Shown here: one piece after another, positions 36,690 to 47,600 of the stretch
Position numbering within the stretch: position 1 is the stretch's first letter
Layout of the letters: every line of letters begins with the position of its first letter
Assembly (NCBI RefSeq): GCF_044704955.1
Contig: NC_091977.1
Coordinates: 1,550,001 to 1,614,000 of the forward strand
Length of the DNA: 64,000 nucleotides
DNA from: Pristiophorus japonicus
Taxonomy: Eukaryota
Reading direction: 5' to 3'
The notes under the pieces: model-generated
The model's database searches: none
The model's input: only the letters and a program-made list of their open reading frames with translations
What the model was told of the DNA's origin: nothing
Program-made: the position numbers and the translations under genes

Positions 36690-37844
36690 GTAAGAATTTC
36701 TTTAAGCTTTCCAGTAAATCAGGAATTAGTGCCGAGCTGTCACTTGACACGGATAAACTGATGTTCTTTGAACAGATATTATGTCACAAACTGTATTTTT
36801 AAATGTTATTTAAATATTGTACATTGTACTGAATTTAAAGAATCATTGATTGGCACATTTAAAGAAAGCAATTGTTCCAAATTCGCTAAATTCTTACAGC
36901 TTTGAATGTTTTTCCTGATTCAAACAGCACTAACTTCCCTGCTGCCACTTTCCACCAGGCTCTGAGGAAGGAATCAGGGAGATCTCGGAGGGCCATAGCT
37001 GGACAATGATTGGACAATGCTCAAACTAGGGGCCCAATCTTTGACTATTTTTCATTTACTGTCACAAGTATTCCTCTTGGAAATTAGTAACTTGAAAGTT
37101 ATCAGGAACCAATAGTTGAACAGTTAAAGCACGACCTGTAAAAATTAAGATGAACTCAAAATACAAATGCTTGTTTGGCAATGAGTTTGATCATTTTAAC
37201 GTTGCTGTTATTCCTGTTGCTGTGGCCTGGTGGCGCCAGAGAGCTGCAGGAGTGTTGGGGCAGAGAAATGAATTTGTCGCTCTGTAAACACTTCCTCTGT
37301 GGTAGGTTTGGTTCACCTGATTTACTCACGGTCAAATCTCAGTCCATTCAAAAGGAAAGTTTCTGTTTGGGAGAGCTCAGTTGGGGTAGTGTTCGAGGAA
37401 GGAGTGTTTCAGGGCTGTGTGCGAGGAATTGTAGAATGGGAACTGTTGGGGTGAGAGGCACAGCAATGTGGTAACTAGTGGAAGGTTTGAACTTACATGA
37501 AGGATGTGAGGTAACCTGTATTGTTCAGGATGTTTACATAGAATTCACAGAGAGAAACAGGCCATTCGGCCCAGCTGGTCCATGTCGGGGTTTATGCTCC
37601 ACACGAGCCACCTCCCACCCAATCGACACCTCCTTCTATTCCTTTCTCCCTCGTGTACTTATCTAGCCTCCCCTAAATTTAATCTATACTATTCACCCCA
37701 ACCTCTGTGTGTGTGTGTGAGCTCCAGCCTGGAATGTCAGAGAGATCTCTGAGAGCCGTACCTGATTATCAGTGAATAAAATTAAAACGGAAAATCAAAG
37801 GAGATTGCTCACATTGAGTCCAATATTCTAGAATTCAAATTATT

Positions 37845-40800
37845 GTCATGGTGCATATAGGTACCAAGAATATAGGTAAAAAACGGGATGAGATCCTACG
37901 AGACGAATTTAGGGAGCTCGGAGCTAAATTAGAAAGTAGGACCTCAAAAGTAGTAATCTCAGGATAACTAATCACGTGCTTGTCAGAGTAGGAATCGCAG
38001 GATAGCTCAGATGAATACGTGGCTTGAGGAGTGGTGCACAAGGGAGGGATTCAAATTCCTGGGACATTGGAACCAGTTCTGGGGGAGGTGGGACCAGTAC
38101 AAACCGGACTGTCTGCACCTGGGCAAGACCGGAACCAATGTCCCAGGGGGAGTGTTTGCTAGTGCTGTTGGGGAGGAGTTAAACTAATATGGCAGGGGGA
38201 TGGGAACCTATGTAGGGAGACAGAGGGAACTAGAATGGGGGCAGAAGCAAAAGATAGAAAGGAGAATTGTAAAAGTGGAGGGCAGGGAAACCTAAGGCAA
38301 AAAGCAAAAAGGGCCACATTACACCAAAATTCTAAAGGGGCAAAGTGTGTTAAAAAGACAAGCCTGAAGGCTCTGTGCCTCAATGCGAGGAGTATTCGGA
38401 ATAAGGTGGACGAATTAACTGCGCAGATAGTAGTTAACGGTAATGATGTCATTGGCATCACGGAGACATGGCTCCAGGGTGACCAAGGCTGGGAACTCAA
38501 CATCCAGGGGTATGCAACATTTAGGAAGGATAGACAGAAAGGAAAAGGAGGCGGGGTGGCAATGCTGGTTAAAGAGGAAATTAATGCAATTGTAAGGAAG
38601 GACATTAGCCTGGATGATGTGGAATCGGTATGGGTGGAGCTACGGAATACCAAAGGTCAGAAAATGCTAGTGGGAGTTGTGTGCAGACCACCAAACAGTA
38701 GTAGTGAGGTTGGGGACAGCATCAAACAAGAAATTAGGGATGTATGCAATAAAGGTACAGCAGTTATCATGGGCGACTTTAATCTACATATTGATTGAGC
38801 TAACCAAACTGGTAGCAATGCGGTGGAGGAGGATTTCCTGGAGTGTATTAGGGATGGTTCTCTAGACCAATATCTCGAGGAACCAACGAGGGAGATGGCC
38901 ATCCCAGACTGGGTGATGTGTAATGAGAAAGGACTAATTAGCAATCTTGTTGTGCGAGGCCCCTTGGGGAAAAGTGACCATAATATGGTAGAATTCTTTA
39001 CTAAGATGGAGAGTGACAAAGTTAATTCAGAAACTAAGGTCCTGAACTTAAGGAAAGGTAACTTCGATGGTTTGAGGCGTGAATTGGCTAGAATAGACTG
39101 GCAAATGATATGGTGGATAGTCAGTGGCAAACATTTAAAGATCACATGGATGAACTCCAGCAATTGTACATCCCTGTCTGGAGTAAAAATAAAAAGAGGA
39201 CGGTTGCTCAACTGTGGCTAACAAGAGAAATTAATGATAATGTTAAATCCAAGGAAGAGGTATATAAATTGGCCAGGAAAAGCAACAAACCTGAGGACTG
39301 GGAGAAATTTAGAATTCAGCAGAGGAGAACAAAGGATTTAATTAGGAGGGGGAAAATAGAATGTGAGAAGAAGCTTGCCGAGAACATAAAAACTGACTGC
39401 AAAAGCTTCTGTAGATATGTGAAGAGAAAAAGATTAGTGAAGACAAATGTAGGTCCCTTGCAGTCATAATCAGGTGAATTTATAATGGAGAACAAAGAAA
39501 TGGCAGACCAAGTCAACAAATCGGTTCTGTCTTCACTAAGGAAGACACAAATAACCTTCCGGAAATACTAGGGGACCGAGGGTCTAGTGAGAAGGAGGAA
39601 CTGAAGGAAATCCTTATTAGGCGGGAAATTGTGTTAGGGAAATTGATGGGATTGAAGGCCGATAAATCCCCAGGGCCTGATAGTCTGCATCCCAGAGTAC
39701 TTAAGGAAGTGGCCCTAGAAATAGTGGATACATTGGAGATCATTTTCCAACAGTCTATCGACTCTGGATCAGTTCCTATGGACTGGAGGGTAACTAATGT
39801 AACACCACTTTTTAAAAAGGGAGGGAGAGAGAAAGCGGGTAATTATAGACCGGTTAGCCTGACATCAGTAGTGGGGAAAATGTTGGAATCAATTATTAAG
39901 GATGAAATAGCAACGCATTTGGAAAGCAGTGACCGGATCCGCCCAAGTCAGCATGGATTTATGAAAGGGAAATCATGCTTGACAAATCTTCTGGAATTTT
40001 TAGAGGATATAACTAGTAGAGTGGACAAGGGAGAACCAGTGGATGTGGTGTATTTGGACTTTCAAAAGGCTTTTGACAAGGTCCCACACAAGAGATTGGT
40101 GTGCAAAATTAAAGCACATGGTATTGTGGGTAATGTACTAACGTGGATAGAGAACTGATTGGCAGGTAGGAAGCAGAGAGTCGGGATAAACGGGTCCTTT
40201 TCAGAATGGCAGACAGTGACTAGTGGAGTGCCGCAGGGCTCAGTGCTGGGACCCCAGCTCTTTCCAATATACATCAATGATTTGGATGAAGGAATTGAGT
40301 GTAATATCTCCAAGTTTGCACATGACACTAAGCTGGGTGGCGGTGTGAGCTGTGAGGAGGACGCTAAGAGGCTGCAGGGTGACTTGGACAGGTCAGGTGA
40401 GTGGGCAAATGCATGGCAGATGCAGTATAATGTGGATAAATGTGAGGTTATCCACTTTGGGGGCAAAAACGCGAAGACAGAATATTATCTGAATGGTGAC
40501 AGACTAGGAAAAGGGGAGGTGCAATGAGACCTGGGTGTCATGGTTCATCAGTCATTGAAAATTGGCATACAGGTACAGCAGGCGGTGAAGAAGGCAAATG
40601 GTATGTTGGCCTTCATAGCTAGGGGATTTGAGTATAGGAGCAGGGAGGTCTTACTGCAGTTGTACAGGGCCTTGGTGAGGCCTCACCTGGAATATTGTGT
40701 TCAGTTTTGGTCTCCTAATCTGAGGAAGGATGTTCTTGCTATTGAGGCAGTGCAGCGAAAGTTCACCAGACTGATTCCTGGGATGGCAGGACTGACAAAT

Positions 40801-41252
40801 GAGGAGAGACTGGATCAACTGGGCCTTTATACATTGGAGTTTAGAAGGATGAGAGGGGATCTCATAGAAACATATAAAATTCTGACAGGACTGGACAGGT
40901 TAGATGCAGGAAGAATGTTTCCGATGTTGGGGAAGTCCAGAACCAGGGGACACCGTCTTAGGATAAGGGGTAGGCCATTTAGGACTGAGATGAGGAGGAA
41001 CTTCTTCACTCAGAGAGTTGTTAACCTGTGGGATTCCCTGCCGCAGAGACTCATTGAGACCAGTTCATTGGATATATTCAAGAGGAAGTTAGATATGGCC
41101 CTTACGGCTAAAGGGATCAAGGGGTATGGAGAGAAAGCAGGAAAGGGGTACTGAGGGAATGATCAGCCATGATCTTATTGAATGGCGGTGCAGGCTCGAA
41201 GGGCTGAATGGCCTACTCCTGCACCTATTTTCTATGTTCATGTTTCTATGTT
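37845..41252 (+). mobile_element. 5'-truncated degenerate CR1 LINE (end of ORF1 plus ORF2)
   Basis: Same family as 29517-34245, with several stops and frameshifts and a ttctatgt tail. Confidence 0.95.
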
Positions 41253-41898
41253 CATTTAATTTACTATCAAACATATTCCTCTTTGATATTGGAAGTTAAT
41301 GACTTCCATGTTGCCAGAAACCAATATTATTTGAAAAGTAAGATTAAAAATGACAATAAATTGAACAGTATGACTGATTTTGTGAAAATGAATGATTCTG
41401 ATAAACGTCACAGCAGATCACAGCTCAGGGAGGTAACAAAAGAGACAGGATCAGTAGCTTCAGGAGGAGACCATTGTTGTGTCAGAAGCAGAGTTATAAG
41501 TTCAACGAGGTAACTTTACTGGTGAGGTCAGTCAACCACAGGGAGAACCTCTTAGAAATGTGGTCACACTATGGCCATGACCTTTAACCTCAAAAGTATA
41601 AACTTATTTTACATTCATATATTCATAGTGGGAAAAATCTTCCACAATATCTTCTCTCAGTAACTGGAGTTAGTTTATCGTTTTAATCAGGTCTACTTCT
41701 TCCAATGACTGAACCTTTAATTGTTGAAATTATCTCAGTAACACTGAGCCAGTGATGTGTGGGCCATGTTCTGTTCTGTTCCCCATTCTGTAAAATTACT
41801 CCTCTATTCAACTTCCTCTTTATCCATCACTTCCAGTCCACTGTTTATTCTTGAAGCATAAACTCTTTATTTAAAGCACATTTCTTGTCTTTTGTCAG

Positions 41899-42012
41899 AT
41901 ATCGCACAGCGGGAGCCCACACAAGGCGACAGGAAATGAAACAGATGATGCACCAGAAGCTATCGCATTACAGACCCTGAACTCTGACCCTGATCTGGAG
42001 ACCATAGAATGA
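41899..42012 (+). CDS. IgSF receptor exon 7: cytoplasmic tail ISHSGSPHKATGNETDDAPEAIALQTLNSDPDLETIE*
   Basis: Strong acceptor tttcttgtcttttgtcag; open in phase 0, matching the TM exon; hydrophilic; TGA at 42010-42012. Confidence 0.65.
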   Translation: MSHSGSPHKATGNETDDAPEAIALQTLNSDPDLETIE

Positions 42013-42042
42013 CTGGTACAGCATAGAAGGAGGCCATTCAGC

Positions 42043-43052
42043 CAGGGCCGGATTAACCCATTGGCTAAGAAGGCCCTCATTTTTTAGGCCCTCGACTTTA
42101 GACCCTCATTTTTATACCATTAACCCTAAATCTTTATCACAAGGTTGGCGAAGCAATATCATATATAACTGCATAATTATATCTTCAGAGGTGCAAAATA
42201 TTGTGTCCTTATGGCTCAAAGTGTGTTTAAAATTCTGTGACAATCTGGAAACATGTTTAAATATCCAAAAATGATTCACCCAGAGAGTTATGTGCACTGT
42301 TCACAGGACCAGTGCTATAATATCAGGTCTGATCATTGTGAATCCTTACAAAAGGATGAAGTATTTTCATTTATCTTTTGAAAGTGGAAATGTAGACGAC
42401 AAAGTCAAATGTGAAAAGTATTTAGTCGAGTAAGTATGTCCTCATAGATACCCCTCGATATCCCCCATAGATACCCCTCGATATCCCCCATAGATACCCC
42501 TAGATATCCCCCATAGATACCCCTAGATATCCCCCATAGATACTCCTAGATATCCCTCATAGATACCCCTAGATATCCCTCATAGATACCCCTAGATATC
42601 CCTCATAGATACCCCTAGATATCCCCCATAGATACCCCTAGATATCCCTCATAGATACCCCTAGATATCCCCCATAGATACCCCTAGATATCCCTCATAG
42701 ATACCCCTAGATATCCCCCATAGATACCCCTAGATATCCCTCATAGATACCCCTAGATATCCCCCATAGATACCCCTAGATATCCCTCATAGATACCCCT
42801 AGATATCCCCCATAGATACTCCCAGATATCCCCCATAGATACCCCTAGATATCCCCTATAGATACCCCTAGATATCCCCCATAGATACCCCTAGATATCC
42901 CCCATAGATACCCCTAGATATCCCCCATAGATACCCCTCGATATCCCCCATAGATACCCCTAGATATCCCCCATAGATACCAATATATAGTACATATATA
43001 GGCCCTTCCCTCCTATTAACCTTAGGCCCCACACAGCCTTAATCCAGCCCTG
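42043..43052. mobile_element. Non-autonomous hAT transposon
   Basis: TIRs cagggccggattaa / ttaatccagccctg (1 mismatch). Perfect 8-bp TSD cattcagc at 42035-42042 and 43053-43060. Confidence 0.92.
42443..42980. repeat. Minisatellite, 23-bp unit, inside the hAT element
   Basis: Unit catagatacccctagatatcccc, about 23 copies. Confidence 0.95.
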
Positions 43053-43493
43053 CATTCAGCCCATGGTGTCTCTGCCCATCGAGTTCTGCAGCCTCAGGAA
43101 CCTACATCGATACATCGTGGAAACTTTAGAAATAGATTTGTGTTTTTATTCTGGATTTATTTTGTGGTAATCTTTTATGTAACTGGATTAGTTTATATCC
43201 CAAAGTTTACAGTTCAATAGTTCCCAGTCAGTCTCAGTATCTGTTATTTTACTTTACAAGTGCTAACTTTCCCGGTCACTGTATGAAATTACAAAGGGTG
43301 GAAATTCATCGGACATTGGGCAGATTTGCTGATCTCCACTCACGGCCGGTGAGGCCCCACACTGGGGCTACAGTTTTCTCTCCCTTAGACAGTCCCTCGG
43401 ACAATCTCAGGGGAAGGATGTCTCCATGCTCTCACCCAGGGAATTGTTTGCAGCAGACTGCGACTGAAAGGTTAACAGAAAAGAACCAGCATG

Positions 43494-43499
43494 AATAAA
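43494..43499 (+). terminator. Candidate polyadenylation signal of the IgSF gene
   Basis: AATAAA lies in apparently unique sequence ~1.5 kb after the stop; not confirmed. Confidence 0.3.
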
Positions 43500-43769
43500 A
43501 GTTGTGGGAAAGTAAATATGCAAATTAAAGTGGGAATTATTCCAGCTCTGGGAATGTTCTATTAATTTATCCTCAACAATCATTTAAAAGCCCTGCTAAT
43601 CAATTGTTTGCTGATTGCACTGATAGATTGTGATGAAGAGATTGGTTGGGAATGGAATGGGAAAGTATTGTCATTGAATCACTCCGACCCTCTCCCGATC
43701 ACACACCTTCCCCTTTGTTCTTTCCACACACACTTTTCTCTGGATCTCGACTTGCTTGAAAACTGTCAA

Positions 43770-43890
43770 ATCTCCAACATCTTCCAGTTCTGTTGAAAGG
43801 TCATCGAGCTGAAACATTAACTCTGTTTCTCGCTCCACAGATGCTGCCTGACCCGCTGAGTATTTCCTGCGTGTTCTGTTCTTATTCCTC
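43770..43890 (+). mobile_element. Penelope-like element terminal fragment with a degenerate minimal hammerhead motif
   Basis: agtt-CTGTTGA-aaggtcatcgagct-GAAAC-att-aact followed by ctccacagatgctgcctgacc. Confidence 0.6.
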
Positions 43891-44029
43891 TTTACCCATG
43901 TTGCAATAATGAGAATACATTTCCCTTTCCTTTGGACTTCATTCTTTTGACCATTTACGGGAATGCATCCAAGGTAATGGATCTGTGTAAATAAAAAACT
44001 ATCACTTCAGCTTATCCCCCTCCTCCGCC

Positions 44030-44638
44030 CTTTCCCCGGAGCCCTGCAAATTGTTTAACATCAGCTACTTATCCAATTCCCTTTTGAAAGCCACGATTGA
44101 ATCTGCCTCCACCACCCTCTCAGGCCGTGCATTCCAGATCTGAACCACTCGCTGCATAAAAACGTTTTTCCTCATCTCGCCTTTGGTTCTCCTGCCAATC
44201 ACCTTAAATCTGTGTCCTCTGGTTCTTGACCCTTCCACCAATGGGAACAGTTTCTCTCGATCTACTCTGTCCAGACCCCTCATGATCAAATCTCCTCTCA
44301 ACCTTCTCTGCTCCAAGGAGAACAACCCCAGCTTCTCCAATCTATCCACGTAACTGAAGCCCCACATCCCTGGAACCATTCTGGTAAATCTCCTCTGCAC
44401 CCTCTCTAAGGCCTTCACATCCCTCCTAAAGTGTGGTGCCCAGAATTGGTCACAATACTGCAGCACAGGCCGAACCGGTGTTTTATACAGGTTCATCATA
44501 GTGTCCTTGCTTTTGCACTCTGCCTCTAATTATAAAGCCCAGGATCTCATAAGCTTTCTTAACCATTTTGTCAACCACCCTGCCACCTCCATATACCCCC
44601 AGGTCTCTCTGTTCATTCACTCCCTTTAGAATTGCACC
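44030..44638 (-). mobile_element. Old CR1 3' fragment, continuing at ~51449-51505 beyond the Gypsy insertion
   Basis: LERVQRRFTRMVPG...TRGH. Confidence 0.85.
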
Positions 44639-47600
44639 TATTGTGTTCCTAACACAGATGAGACTGCACACAGAGAGGTTAAAGTAACAGTGAACTCAGT
44701 CTTTATTAAGACACTCCAGAGTGAGGAACAGGCCTTAGGGGCCGGCTTATCCGGCTTATGCTGGGATCCCTTGGGACTTCAGGGGATGCGCTCCCTGGTG
44801 GTGGAACATGGGAGTGCATGCTTTACAGATACACAACATCACTCCCCGCCCAAAGTCAAAGTGAAAACTATTTACAAGGTGAGGCGGTCGGGAGCCTTTC
44901 CCTGGTGGACCGCCTCGGTACAAATGTCTGTTCTGGTGTGTTGGCTGTGCCCTTGCTGGGCTGGCGTGTTATTGGCCCTGCAGGGCTGCTGGGTGAGCCT
45001 GGCCTTGCTGGGTTCCATTTCCTGGTCTGGGGTGGTGTCGTTGATCCTTTGGGTGTGTGTTGTGGGCTCGAAAAAGGTGGGTTGTTCAGGGCAGTCTGTG
45101 AATCGCAGCCTCGTTTGGTCCAGGTGCTTTCTGCAAATTTGTCCATTGTCTAGTTTGAATACAAACACCCTATCCCCTTCTTTAGCTATCACCGTGCCCA
45201 CGATCCACTTGGGACCATGTCCATAGTTTAGCACATACACAGGATCATTCAGATCAATTTCCCGTGACACAGTGCCGCGACCATCGTTTACATTTTGTTG
45301 CTGCCGCCTGCTCTCTACCTGATCATGCAGGTTGGGGTGAACCAGCGAGAGTCTGGCTTTAAGTGTTCTTTTCATGAGTAGCTCAGCCAGGGGCACCCCT
45401 GTGAGTGAGTGGGGTCTCGTGCGGTAGCTGAACAGTACTCGGGACAGGCGGGTTTGGAGTGAGCCTTCTGTGACTCGTTTGAGGCTCTGTTTGATTGTTT
45501 GTACTGCCCGCTCTGCCTGCCCATTGGAGGCTGGTTTAAACGGGGCCGAGGTGACATGTTTGATCCCATTGTGGGTCATGAATTCTTTAAATTCTGCACT
45601 GGTGAAACATAGCCCGTTGTCACTGACCAGTATGTCAGGCAGGCCGTGGGTGGCAAACATGGCCCTCAGGCTTTCAATGGTGGTGGTGGCGGTGCTTCCC
45701 GACATTATTTCACATTCAATCCATTTTGAAAAAGCATCCACCATCACCAGGAACATTTTACTGAGAAACGGGCCCGCATAATCGACATGGATCCTCGACC
45801 ATGGTCTGGAGGGCCAGGACCACAAACTTAGTGGTGCCTCTCTGGGCACGTTGCTCAACTGAGCACACACATTGCATTGCCGTACACAGGACTCTAAGTC
45901 AGAGTCGATACCGGGCCACCACACGTGGGATCTGGCTATCGCTTTCATCATTACTATACCCAGGTGTGTGCTGTGGAGATCCGAGATGAACATCTCCCTG
46001 CCATTTTTGGGTAACACTGCGCGGTTACCCCACAACAGGCAGTCTGCCTGAATGGACAGATTGTCCTTTCGCCGCTGGAATGGCTTGATTGGCTCTTGCA
46101 TTTCAACGGGGATGCTGGCCCAGCTCCCATGCAGTACACAGCTTTTTACTAGGGACAGCAGAGGATCTTGGATGGTCCAAGTCATAATCTGGCGGGCCGT
46201 GACAGGTGATTTATCATTTTCAAACGCTTCCATGACCATCAACAAGTCTGTGGGCTGTGCCAACATCAACAAGTTTGCAGGCTGCGCCATTTCCACCCCC
46301 GTGGTGGGCAATGGTAGCCGACTGAGAGCATCCGCACAGTTCTCGGTGCCTGGCCTGTGGTGGATGGTATAGTTATACGCTGATAGTGTGAGTGCCCACC
46401 TTTGTATGCGGGCTGAGGCATTTATATTTATCCCCTTGTTTTCAGCGAACAGGGATATGAGGGGCTTGTGATCGGTTTCCAGCTCAAATTTGAGGACAAA
46501 CAGTTACTGATGCATTTTCTTTACCCCGAACACACACGCTAATGCCTCTTTCTCAATCATGCTGTAGGCCCTCTCGGCCTTAGACAAACTCCTGGAAGCA
46601 TAGGCGACAGGTTGCAACTTCCCCACAACATTAGCTTGTTGTAATACAGACCCGACTCCGTACGACGATGCATCACATGCTAGCACAAGTCTTTTACATG
46701 TGTTATACAATACAAGCAGCTTGTTGGAGCATAAACTGTTTCTGGCTTTCTCAAAAGCAACTACTTGGTTTTTTCCCCATACCCACTTCTCACCTTTACG
46801 CAATAACACATGTAGGGGCTCTAAGAGGGTGCTTAATCCCGGTAGGAAGTTACCAAAATAGTTGAGGAGTCCCAGGAACGACCGTAGCCATGACGTTCTG
46901 TGGCCTGGGCACGTTCCTGATAGCCTCTATCTTGGCGTCTGTGGGCCGAATGCCATCCGCCACGATCTTTCTCCCCAAAAACTCCACTTCTGTTGCCATG
47001 AAGACACATTTTGACCGCTTCAGCCGCAGCCCTGCGCGAGGACCTCCTCCAGGTTCTGTAGGTGCTCGACGGTGTCCCGACCCGTGACCAATATATCGCC
47101 CTGAAAAACCACCGTGCGTGGTACCGACTTGAATCGGCTCTCCATGTCTTTCTGGAAGATCGCTGCAGCCGACCGAATTCCAAACGGGCATCTGTTGTAA
47201 ATGAACAGTCCTTTGTGTGTGTTGATGCAGGTGAGGCCCTTATCCAGCTCCTGCGTCATGTAGGCCGAAGTCAGGTCGAGCTTGGTGAACGTCTTGCCTC
47301 CTGCCAGTGTCGCATATAGGTCGTCTGCCTTAGGTAGCGGGTATTGGTCCTATAGCGAGAAACAATTAAGAGTAACTTTATCATCGCAAATCCTGACCGT
47401 GCCATCACTTTTGAGCACTGGAACAATCGGGCTAGCCCACTCACTGAATTCCACTGGGGAGCTGATGCCCTCGCATTGCAGCCTGTCCAGCTCGATTTCC
47501 ACTCTCTCCCTCGCGCCTTGTGGTGAATGGGTCGTGCCTCTGGGACCAAGTGGATCCGCACATTCGCCCTGGAAGAGTTTCCAATGCCTGGCTCAAAAAG

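Noticed and set aside
3097-42012. Assigning the gene symbol CD4 or LAG3
   Set aside because: It has no Cx(C/H) Lck motif and no (F/Y)xxL(D/E) in the present tail, has a charged TM and a Cys-free D1, and the window offers no synteny evidence.
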